Of a DNA stretch of 64,000 nt, positions 27,319 through 35,631 are shown piece after piece. The stretch comes from an uncultured bacterium (GTDB lineage: Bacteria; Eisenbacteria; RBG-16-71-46; CAIMUX01; WJJG01), in contig CAZPGB010000006.1 in assembly GCA_964585945.1 (NCBI GenBank), positions 7,724 through 71,723 of the forward strand, written 5' to 3'. Position numbers and translations under genes: made by a program. How positions within the stretch are numbered: the first letter of the stretch is position 1; every line of letters starts with the position of its first letter. Under the pieces are notes generated by a model. The model was not told where the DNA came from and did no database searches. It saw nothing but the letters and a program-made list of their open reading frames with translations.

Positions 27319-27891
27319 ATGCGTGTTCTGCTCACAGAGTCGCAGATCCAGCAGCGGATCCGCGAGCTGGCCCGGGAAATCGCCCGGGACTTCCTCGGCA
27401 AGAGCCCGGTGCTGATCGGCATTCTGAAAGGGTCGATCTACTTCATGGCCGATCTCATGCGCGAGCTGGACGTCGACCACGAGGTCGACTTCATCTCCAT
27501 CTCCAGCTACGCCTCCGGCGTCACGTCGTCGGGCACCGTGCGCATGCTCAAGGATCTGGACCAGGACATCACCGGCCGGGACGTCCTGATCGTCGAGGAT
27601 ATCATCGACAGCGGCTTGTCGCTTTCCTATCTTCGCAAGAACCTTTTGTCGCGCAATCCGCGCAGCCTGTCGATCGTCACCCTGTTGGCCAAGGAGGTGC
27701 CCCGGGAGCGGCAGATCTACGTCGACTACTGCGGCTTCGACATCGGCGACGAGTTCGTGATCGGCTACGGTCTGGACTACGCCGAGCACTATCGTGAGCT
27801 GCCGTACATCGCCGTGATGGAATCCGAAGACCGCGCCCGTGTCGATGCGCTCCACGAGGCGGTCCAGGAGGGGCCCTCGGCCCCCGCGTAG
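27319..27891 (+). CDS. hpt: Hypoxanthine phosphoribosyltransferase
   Basis: ILKGSIYFMADL, VLIVEDIIDSGLSL PRPP motif, FVIGYGLDYAEHYRELPYI. Confidence 0.95.
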   Translation: MRVLLTESQIQQRIRELAREIARDFLGKSPVLIGILKGSIYFMADLMRELDVDHEVDFISISSYASGVTSSGTVRMLKDLDQDITGRDVLIVEDIIDSGLSLSYLRKNLLSRNPRSLSIVTLLAKEVPRERQIYVDYCGFDIGDEFVIGYGLDYAEHYRELPYIAVMESEDRARVDALHEAVQEGPSAPA

Positions 27892-27947
27892 GGGACGCGT
27901 CACCACCTGGGGAGTCGATTGCACGACGGGCTTGAAGGGAGGGAAGC

Positions 27948-28655
27948 ATGAGTCCCGGCCGACCCGAGGACGCCTTCTTCGTGGCCCTGTGCGGCAACAT
28001 CGGCGTCGGCAAATCCCTCTTCGCCGAGCGGCTCGGCCGGCGCATGGGCCTGGACATCTACTACGAGCCGGTCTCGCAGAATCCCTACCTGGAGGCGTTC
28101 TACCGGGACATGCGGCGCTGGGCCTTTCATCTGCAGATCTACTTCCTGGCCGAGCGGTTCAAGGCCCAGAAGGCGATGAACCAGAGCGGGCGGCCCTTCA
28201 TCCAGGATCGCACCATCTACGAGGACGGCGAGATCTTCGCGCGCGTGCTGCACGAGCGCGGCGAGATGGAGCGGCAGGACTACGAGAGCTACCTGGCGCT
28301 CTTTCGCGAGATGGTCGACCTGCTGGCCCGCCCTTCGCTCCTGATCTACCTGCGCGCCTCGAGGCCGACGCTGCTGCGCCGGATCGCCGACCGGGGACGC
28401 CGCTGCGAGGCGTCGATCGAGCCACGGTACCTGGACCAGCTCGAGGAGGCCTACCGCGCGTGGGCGCCCGGCATGGCGAGCGTCTGTCCGGTCCTGGAGG
28501 TCGACACCGAAGCGATCGTCTATCCGCCGGGGGAGGAGGTGCTCGAGCCGATCGTGGCCCGCATCCGCCGCGAGGCGGCCGGCCGCGGCGTGGCGCTGCC
28601 GCCCACGGCGACGCGGATCGAGACGCCGTCGCGGCCCGGCGGCGGGGGGGCGTGA
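27948..28655 (+). CDS. Deoxynucleoside kinase (dAK/dCK/dGK family)
   Basis: GNIGVGKS, YEPV..NPYL..FY, LQIYFL..RF, QDRTIYED, RIADRGR. Confidence 0.9.
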   Translation: MSPGRPEDAFFVALCGNIGVGKSLFAERLGRRMGLDIYYEPVSQNPYLEAFYRDMRRWAFHLQIYFLAERFKAQKAMNQSGRPFIQDRTIYEDGEIFARVLHERGEMERQDYESYLALFREMVDLLARPSLLIYLRASRPTLLRRIADRGRRCEASIEPRYLDQLEEAYRAWAPGMASVCPVLEVDTEAIVYPPGEEVLEPIVARIRREAAGRGVALPPTATRIETPSRPGGGGA

Positions 28656-29440
28656 TCGTGGTACCGAGGAAGACGGCGACATCGGGACGGGCCGGGCGCG
28701 CGGGCGAGACCACGTCCCGTCGCCCCAGGGCGGCCGCCGGAAAGAAGCCCGCACGGCGCAAGCCCTCCGGCGCGCGGCCGGTGCGCGGTCGCAAGACCGA
28801 GCTGCGCAGGGTGTTGATCGGTGTGGCGGGGGGCTCGGCCTCGGGCAAGACGATGGTGGCCGACCGCGTCTGCGAGGAGCTGGGCACCGATCAGGTGGCC
28901 ATCGTCAAGCAGGACTTCTACTACAAGGATCTGAGCCACCTGCCGTTCGAGGAGCGCACCAAGCAGAACTTCGATCACCCCGACGCCTTCGACATGGAGC
29001 TCTTCTACAACCACGTGCGGCTGCTGCTCGAGGGGTCGGACCTCGAGGTCCCCGTCTACGACTTCAGGAAGCACCTGCGCCTGAAGGAGACGCTGACCAT
29101 CTCGGGCTGCCGCATCATCATCCTCGAGGGCATCCTCCTGCTCGACGATCCGCTCCTGCGCACGCTGATGGACATCAAGGTCTACATCGACACCGACTCC
29201 GACATCCGCCTGATGCGCCGCATCCGGCGCGACGTCGCCGAGCGCGGCCGCACGCTGGAGGCGGTGCTCGATCAGTACGAGAACAGCGTGCGCCCGATGC
29301 ACCTGCAGTTCGTCGAGCCCTCGAAGCGCTACGCGGATGTGATCGTGCCCGAGGGCGGCCACAACGAGGTGGCCATCGATCTGCTGGTCACCAAGATCCG
29401 CTCGATCCTCGAACCGCGGGCGGGGGCCAAGCGCGCATGA
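28652..29440 (+). CDS. udk: Uridine kinase with basic N-terminal extension
   Basis: GVAGGSASGKT, QDFYYKD, NFDHPDAFD, EGILL, VRPMHLQFVEPSKRYADVIVP; GTGA overlap. Confidence 0.93.
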   Translation: MIVVPRKTATSGRAGRAGETTSRRPRAAAGKKPARRKPSGARPVRGRKTELRRVLIGVAGGSASGKTMVADRVCEELGTDQVAIVKQDFYYKDLSHLPFEERTKQNFDHPDAFDMELFYNHVRLLLEGSDLEVPVYDFRKHLRLKETLTISGCRIIILEGILLLDDPLLRTLMDIKVYIDTDSDIRLMRRIRRDVAERGRTLEAVLDQYENSVRPMHLQFVEPSKRYADVIVPEGGHNEVAIDLLVTKIRSILEPRAGAKRA

Positions 29441-30045
29441 CCTTCGGCACCCCACAGGGCACCGGCTGGATCGAGGTCATCTGCGGCTGCATGTTCAGCG
29501 GCAAGACCGAGGAGTTGATCCGCCGTCTGCGTCGCGCGCAGATCGCCCGCAAGAAGGTGGCCATCTTCAAACCGGTGGTGGACGACCGCTACGCGCCCGC
29601 CGAGATCGTGACCCATGACCGGGTGAGCATCGAGTCGATCCCGGTGCGCCATCCACGCGAGATCCTCGATCGCGGGGCCGCAGCGGATGTTCTGGGCATC
29701 GACGAGGTGCAGTTTTTCGACCGCAGCGTCGTGGACGTCTGCCAGGAGCTGGCGGCGCGGGGCACGCGGGTGATCGTGGCCGGTCTGGACACCGACTACC
29801 GCGCCCAGCCCTTCGACCCGATACCCGAGCTGATGGCGGTGGCCGAGTACGTGACCAAAACCCAGGCGATCTGCGTGGTGTGCGGCAACCCGGCCAGCCG
29901 CACCCAGCGCGTGGTGGCCGGAGGCGACCGAATCCTGGTGGGGGGGATCAGCGCCTACGAGGCGCGCTGCCGGCGCTGCTATCGTCCGCCGGAGGCCGAG
30001 TCGGGGGAGCTGTTCGGGCCGTCGGAGTCCGGGGAGGAGGCCTAG
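29437..30045 (+). CDS. tdk: Thymidine kinase (type II)
   Basis: GCMFSGKTEEL, GIDEVQFF, AGLDTDY, CVVC..CRRC zinc site. Confidence 0.95.
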   Translation: MTFGTPQGTGWIEVICGCMFSGKTEELIRRLRRAQIARKKVAIFKPVVDDRYAPAEIVTHDRVSIESIPVRHPREILDRGAAADVLGIDEVQFFDRSVVDVCQELAARGTRVIVAGLDTDYRAQPFDPIPELMAVAEYVTKTQAICVVCGNPASRTQRVVAGGDRILVGGISAYEARCRRCYRPPEAESGELFGPSESGEEA

Positions 30046-31095
30046 ATGATCTGGCGCATGGGAGACCGCGGCCGGGCCGCGGACAACCGCCCGTGGGCGC
30101 TCCTGGCGAGCGCGCTGCTCCTGCTGGTGGTCGGCTGTTCGGGCGGCGATGGGGGCGCCGAGCGCGGCCCGGCCGACTTCCACGTCGGCCTCGTATTCGA
30201 TGTGGGTGGCCTGGGTGACAAGTCCTTCAACGACCTGGCCTACGCCGGGTTGATGCGCGCGCGCGAGGAGCTGGGCGTCAGCTTTGAGTACTTCGAGCCC
30301 ACGCAGGGGGCGGAGCGGGAGTCGGCGCTGCGCCTCTTCGCGCAGGGTGACGCCGATCTGATCATCGGCGTGGGGTTCCTCTTCACCGACGACATCCGCG
30401 CCGTGGCCGAGGACTTTCCCGACAAGCGGTTCGTCTGCATCGACTACACCTGGATGCCGGGCGACAGCGTGCCGCCCAACCTGGTGGGCGTGAAGTTCCG
30501 CGAGCACGAGGGCGCCTTCCTGGTGGGCGCCCTGGCCGCGATGGTGACCGAGACCGGGACGATCGGCTTCGTGGGGGGCATGGACATTCCGCTGATCCAC
30601 AAGTTCGAGGCCGGGTATCGCGCCGGCGCCAAGCACATCGATCCCGATTGCCGCGTGATCGTCAACTACGCCGGGGTCACCGGCGATGCCTTCAAGAACC
30701 CGTCGAAGGGCAAGGAGCTGGCCCTGTCGCAGTACGATCAGGGCGCCGACATCATCTTCCACGCCTCGGGCTCCACGGGTCTCGGGGTGTTCGAGGCGGC
30801 CCGCGAGAAGGAGCACCTCGCGATCGGGGTGGATGCCGATCAGTCCTCCGAGGCGCCGGGGCTGGTGCTCACCAGCATGACCAAGAACGTGGATGTGGTC
30901 GTCTTCCGGGAGATCGCCGCGGCGGTGTCGGGGAACTTCGAGGGCGGCGTCGAGGAGCTGGGCTTGCGCGAGAACGCGATCGGCTACGTGCGCAACGAGA
31001 CCAACGAGCGCTGGTTCACACCCGACGTGGTCCAGCGGCTGAACCGCATCCGCGGGGAGATCATCGCCGGGGGCATCGACGTCCCGAAAGAGTGA
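30046..31095 (+). CDS. BMP-family nucleoside ABC transporter substrate-binding lipoprotein
   Basis: Lipobox VVGC; GGLGDKSFN, IGFVGGM, GADIIFHASG, AIGVDADQ, TSMTK. Confidence 0.92.
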   Translation: MIWRMGDRGRAADNRPWALLASALLLLVVGCSGGDGGAERGPADFHVGLVFDVGGLGDKSFNDLAYAGLMRAREELGVSFEYFEPTQGAERESALRLFAQGDADLIIGVGFLFTDDIRAVAEDFPDKRFVCIDYTWMPGDSVPPNLVGVKFREHEGAFLVGALAAMVTETGTIGFVGGMDIPLIHKFEAGYRAGAKHIDPDCRVIVNYAGVTGDAFKNPSKGKELALSQYDQGADIIFHASGSTGLGVFEAAREKEHLAIGVDADQSSEAPGLVLTSMTKNVDVVVFREIAAAVSGNFEGGVEELGLRENAIGYVRNETNERWFTPDVVQRLNRIRGEIIAGGIDVPKE

Positions 31096-31111
31096 GGGGC
31101 ACGATCGAGAG

Positions 31112-32725
31112 ATGACGGCCGAGTCCGGGACCGCCCTGCGCGCCCCCGAGGTGCGGCTCGAGGAGATCACCAAGCGCTTCGGCTCCACGGTGGCCAACGA
31201 TCGGGCCAGCGTCCGTTTCGCGCCCGGATCGATCCACGCGCTGGTCGGCGAGAACGGCGCCGGCAAGTCGACGCTCATGCGGGTGCTCTACGGCCTGCTG
31301 CGCCCCGACGCGGGCCGCATCTGGATCGACGGTGCACCGCGCACCATCGCGTCTCCCGCCCAGGCGCTCGAGTGCGGCATCGGGATGATTCACCAGCACT
31401 TCATGCTGGTGCCGCCGATGCGTGTGCTCGAGAACATCGCCCTGGGCTGCGAGGGGCTACGCGGGCTGCACGCCCTGCCCCGCGCGCGTCTGGCGGCCGA
31501 GCTGCGCCGCCTCTTCACCTCCTACGGCTTCGAGATCGACCCCGAGGCGCCGGTGGCCGCAATGGGCGTCGGCGCGCGCCAGAGGGTCGAGATCGCGCGG
31601 CTGCTCTACCGGGGCGCCCGGGTGCTGATCTGCGACGAGCCGACCGCGGTTCTGGCCCCGCCGGAGGTCGCCTCCTTCTTCGAGAACCTGCGCCGGCTGC
31701 GCAGTGAGGGGCGCACGGTGGTGCTGATCACCCACAAGCTCTCCGAGGTCCTGGCGATCGCCGACCGCGTCACCGTGTTGCGCAAGGGGCGCGTGGTGGG
31801 CGAGATGGAGCGCGACCAGATCCGCCGCGACGCGCTCGTGCAGATGATCATGGGGCCGGCGCGGGCGCAGGTGGACGAGCGGGGCGATCAGCCGACCGTG
31901 CGGGCCACGCCGATCGCGGCCGCGCCGTCGCTGCAGCGCGCGCGCGCGGCGAGCCGGGGCGCGGGACCGGCGCTGCAGCTCCGCCAGATCACGCTGCGCG
32001 GCTCGGGGGGCCGGTCGCTGCTCGAGCGTATCGATCTCGAGGTCGCGCCGGGCGAGATCCTGGGCATCGCCGGCGTGGCCGGCAACGGGCAGAGCGAGCT
32101 GGCCGAGGTGGCCTCCGGGCGCCGAGTCTTCGATGAGGGCGTGCTGCGCGTGGGGGGCTGCTTCTACGAGCCGGGGAAGCTGCCCGCCGCCCGCGAGCGC
32201 CCGTCGCTGATCCCGGAGGACCGCAACCAGGAAGGGCTGATCGGGGCGTTCCGCCTGTGGGAGAACCTGCTGCTGGGGCGCACGGAGGAGGCGCCCTTCG
32301 TGCGGCGGGGGCTCTACGCCCACGGCCCCGCGCGCCGCTGGGCGCGGCGGCAGCTCGAGCGCTTCGCGGTGGCGCCGCCCGACGAGATGCTCGCCGCCCA
32401 CGCCCTGAGCGGCGGCAATCAGCAGAAGCTGCTCTGCGCGCGTGAGCTCACGCGGGGCGGCAGCGTGCTGGTGGCCGCGCAGCCCACCCGCGGCGTCGAC
32501 ATCGCCAGCATCGCGTTCATTCACAGCACGCTGCGCGAGTTCCGCGCGGCGGGCGGCGGGGTGCTGCTGATCTCGGCCGACCTGGACGAGATCCTCGCGC
32601 TGTCCGACCGCGTGGCGGTGCTCTACCGCGGCCGCCTGGGTCGGGCTGAGGCGCGCGCCGATGTGGATATGGAGGGGATCGGCCGGGCGATGGTCGGGTT
32701 GGACGGCTCCCGGCCGGCCGTCTAG
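31112..32725 (+). CDS. Nucleoside ABC transporter ATP-binding protein (two NBDs, NupA-like)
   Basis: GENGAGKST, HQHFML, ITHKL; second NBD GVAGNGQSEL, LSGGNQQK, QPTRGVD. Confidence 0.92.
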   Translation: MTAESGTALRAPEVRLEEITKRFGSTVANDRASVRFAPGSIHALVGENGAGKSTLMRVLYGLLRPDAGRIWIDGAPRTIASPAQALECGIGMIHQHFMLVPPMRVLENIALGCEGLRGLHALPRARLAAELRRLFTSYGFEIDPEAPVAAMGVGARQRVEIARLLYRGARVLICDEPTAVLAPPEVASFFENLRRLRSEGRTVVLITHKLSEVLAIADRVTVLRKGRVVGEMERDQIRRDALVQMIMGPARAQVDERGDQPTVRATPIAAAPSLQRARAASRGAGPALQLRQITLRGSGGRSLLERIDLEVAPGEILGIAGVAGNGQSELAEVASGRRVFDEGVLRVGGCFYEPGKLPAARERPSLIPEDRNQEGLIGAFRLWENLLLGRTEEAPFVRRGLYAHGPARRWARRQLERFAVAPPDEMLAAHALSGGNQQKLLCARELTRGGSVLVAAQPTRGVDIASIAFIHSTLREFRAAGGGVLLISADLDEILALSDRVAVLYRGRLGRAEARADVDMEGIGRAMVGLDGSRPAV

Positions 32726-32758
32726 CGTACAATGCCATCAGGGAGGGGCCCCGACATC

Positions 32759-33802
32759 GTGGTGCGCTTGCAGAGACTGATTCGGCACGGCTTCCCCGTC
32801 GCCAGCGCGCTGACCGCCGCGGTGCTGCTGGCGATCGCGATCGCCGTGCTGCTGGGTGTCTCGCCCGCGCGGCTGGCCCACACCCTCATCGAGCGCCTGG
32901 GACCGTTCGCCTGGGGCCAGGTGCTCTTTCGGGCCACCTTCCTCACCTTCACCGGGCTCTCGGTGGCGCTCGCCTTCCAGGCCGGTCTGTTCAACATCGG
33001 CGCCGAGGGGCAGGCCGTCGTCGGATCGTTGGGCTGCGCGCTGGTGGGCATCGCCCTGACCGGCTGGCCCGCCTGGATCGTGCTGCCCGCCGCGATCGCC
33101 GGCGCGATGGTGGCGGGCGGCCTGTGGGGCTTCATCCCGGGCTGGCTCAAGGCGCGCTTCGGGACGCACGAGGTGATCAACACGATCATGCTCAACTTCA
33201 TCGCCTTGGCCGGATCGAACTTCTTGATGACCCGCTACCTGGCGCTGCCCGAGACGGTGCGCACCGCCGAGGTGGGCGCCGCGCTGCCGCGCCTGGATGC
33301 GCTGGTGCCCGCGCTGCGCGGCTCGGCGGTCAACGCCAGCCTGGGTCTGGCCGTGGCGGCCGTCGTGGTGGCGCACATCTTCACGCACCACACCGTCGCC
33401 GGCTTCAAGCTGCGGGCCGTGGGGCGCGGGCCGGTCCAGGCGCGCATGGCCGGCATCGATCCCGGGCGGCGCCTGGTGCTGGCCTTCGCGCTGGCCGGCG
33501 CGGCCGCCGGGCTGGTGGGCACCAACTTCGTGCTGGGCTACAAGCACTACTACGAGGACGGCTTCACCGGCGGCATCGGGTTCCTCGGTATCGCCGTCGC
33601 GCTGATCGCGCGCAACGAGCCGCTGGCGATCCTGCCGGCCGCGCTGCTGTTCGGCTTCCTGGCCGAATCGGGATTGGTGGTCAACACCCTGCTGCCGCGT
33701 GAGATGGTGGACGTGCTCACCGGCGCCATCTTGCTCGTCTTCATCGTGGCCGAGCGCATGCGGGCCCAGGGCCTGCGCCGCTTGCGGGAGCCGTCGCGAT
33801 GA
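32759..33802 (+). CDS. Nucleoside ABC transporter permease 1 (alternative ATG 32732)
   Basis: AGLFNIGAEGQ, HEVINTIMLNFI, GFLGIAVAL; SD GGGAGGGG before GTG. Confidence 0.9.
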   Translation: MVRLQRLIRHGFPVASALTAAVLLAIAIAVLLGVSPARLAHTLIERLGPFAWGQVLFRATFLTFTGLSVALAFQAGLFNIGAEGQAVVGSLGCALVGIALTGWPAWIVLPAAIAGAMVAGGLWGFIPGWLKARFGTHEVINTIMLNFIALAGSNFLMTRYLALPETVRTAEVGAALPRLDALVPALRGSAVNASLGLAVAAVVVAHIFTHHTVAGFKLRAVGRGPVQARMAGIDPGRRLVLAFALAGAAAGLVGTNFVLGYKHYYEDGFTGGIGFLGIAVALIARNEPLAILPAALLFGFLAESGLVVNTLLPREMVDVLTGAILLVFIVAERMRAQGLRRLREPSR

Positions 33803-34722
33803 GTCCGATCGCCCTGGTGCTGTCGCTCATCGCCCAGACGCTGCGCATCAGCGTGCCCTATGCGCTGGCCTCGTGCGGTGGGGTGCTCTCGGAGCGCGGC
33901 GGCGTGGTCAACATCGCCCTGGAGGGCATCCTGCTCAACGGCGCCTTCTGCGCCGTGGTGGGCACCATCTTCACCGGCTCGCCCTACGCGGGCATCCTGT
34001 GCGCCATGTTCGGGGGACTGCTGACGGCCGCCCTGCACGCCCTGGTCACGGTGACGGGCAAGGCCGATCAGATCGTCTCCGGACTGGCGATCAACATCCT
34101 CAGCTTCGGCTTGACGCGGGGAGGGCTGCGGGTTCTCTTCCACAGCGCGAGCAACTCCCCGCGGATCGAGGCCCCCGCGACGCCGTGGACGGAGATGGAG
34201 GCCGGCGTCGTCGGACCGCTGGTCCGGGTGCTGGGCAATCCGCTCTTCCTGCTGACCGTGGCGCTGATTCTGGCGTCGCTCTGGCTGCTGTTCCGGTCCG
34301 GTCTGGGCCTGGCCCTGCGCACGGCAGGGGAGCATCCCGAGGCGGCGCACTCGGCCGGGTTCTCCGTGGCCCGCCTGCGCTGGCTCGGTGTGCTGGCCAG
34401 CGGTCTGCTCGGGGGCCTGGGCGGAGCCTGGCTGGCCTTCGAGCAGCACTCCTTCACCGACCAGATGTCGGGCGGGCGCGGCTACATCGCGCTGGCGGCG
34501 ATGATCGTGGGCAAGTGGCACCCGCTGGGGGCGGCCGCCGCCTGCCTCCTCTTCGGCGCGGCGGAGACGGCCCAGATCCGGCTGCAGGGCAGCGGCGCGC
34601 CCACACAGCTCTTGCAGATGCTTCCGTTTGCGCTGACGATCCTCGTGCTGGTCGTCTGGATCGGACGATCGGTGGCGCCCGCGGCGGTCGGCCGGCCCTA
34701 CGATCCCGAGCAGACCGACTGA
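33799..34722 (+). CDS. Nucleoside ABC transporter permease 2
   Basis: SERGGVVNIALEG, DQIVSGLAIN, GEHPEAA, GRGYIALAAMIVGKWHP. Confidence 0.92.
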   Translation: MSPIALVLSLIAQTLRISVPYALASCGGVLSERGGVVNIALEGILLNGAFCAVVGTIFTGSPYAGILCAMFGGLLTAALHALVTVTGKADQIVSGLAINILSFGLTRGGLRVLFHSASNSPRIEAPATPWTEMEAGVVGPLVRVLGNPLFLLTVALILASLWLLFRSGLGLALRTAGEHPEAAHSAGFSVARLRWLGVLASGLLGGLGGAWLAFEQHSFTDQMSGGRGYIALAAMIVGKWHPLGAAAACLLFGAAETAQIRLQGSGAPTQLLQMLPFALTILVLVVWIGRSVAPAAVGRPYDPEQTD

Positions 34723-34761
34723 GCCGCGCCCGCGGCCCGAGGAGAGGCGGATGAGAGGACC

Positions 34762-35586
34762 ATGAAACGGGTCTCCGAGTCGATCGACCCCGCGGCCCTG
34801 GCGGTGTTGCGTGCGGCCGCAGGAGATGTGCCCTTCGGGGGCGCGGCGGTCCTGGGCTCGGGGCTGGGCGGCCTGCTGGACGGGTGGAAGCCGGTGGCAT
34901 TCTTCTCGCCCGACGACCTGCCCGGCTATCCCCGTTCCACCGTGGAGGGGCACGCCGGCCGGGCGGCGGTCGTGCGCTGGGGCGAGCAGGCGGGACTGGT
35001 CTTTCAGGGTCGCGTGCACGTCTACGAGGGCTGCCGGCGTCCGGAGGTGACCTTCGGCGTGCGGCTGGCCGCGGCCCTGGGCTGCCGCTGGATCCTGCTG
35101 ACCAACGCCGCCGGCGCCACCGACCCCCGCCTGACGCCCGGCACCATCATGGTGGTCGAGGACCACGTGCGGCTGCTGCTGGGGGGGCGCGCGCTGGGCA
35201 CGACGGTCACCCCCGGGACCCGGTTGCGGGGCAGCCCCTACGACGCGCGCCGCACCGAGCGGCTGTTTCGGGAGCTGAGCCTGGCGCGCCTGCGAGTGGT
35301 CCGCGGCGTGCTGGTCGGCGGGCTGGGGCCCAACTACGAGACCGCCGCCGAGGTGGAGATGATCCGCCGCCTGGGCGGGCACGCCGCCTGCATGTCGACC
35401 GTGATCGAGGCCGAAGAGGCCGCACGGTTGGGCATGGACACAGTGGCCCTGTCGCTGATCACCAACCTGGCCACCGGCCTCACGCCGCGGCGGCTCGATC
35501 ACGACGAGGTGGTCGCGATCGCGGACCGGATGGGCCCCGACCTGTCGCGGGCGCTGGCCCGCGTGGTCGCGGACTGGTGTGCGTGA
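34762..35586 (+). CDS. punA: Purine nucleoside phosphorylase (trimeric PunA/XapA type)
   Basis: VLGSGLG, STVEGHAG, QGRVHVYEG, TNAAG, GPNYET, MST, ITNLA, HDEV. Confidence 0.85.
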   Translation: MKRVSESIDPAALAVLRAAAGDVPFGGAAVLGSGLGGLLDGWKPVAFFSPDDLPGYPRSTVEGHAGRAAVVRWGEQAGLVFQGRVHVYEGCRRPEVTFGVRLAAALGCRWILLTNAAGATDPRLTPGTIMVVEDHVRLLLGGRALGTTVTPGTRLRGSPYDARRTERLFRELSLARLRVVRGVLVGGLGPNYETAAEVEMIRRLGGHAACMSTVIEAEEAARLGMDTVALSLITNLATGLTPRRLDHDEVVAIADRMGPDLSRALARVVADWCA

Positions 35587-35631
35587 ATCCCCATCCCCGC
35601 CGAGAGCGGGCGTCGAGCCTGCGGGCGCGGA

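Noticed and set aside
32700-32733. Internal promoter within the nucleoside ABC operon (TGGACG-N17-TAGCGT; TACAAT)
   Set aside because: Overlaps the stop codon region and matches are weak; not supportable without TSS data
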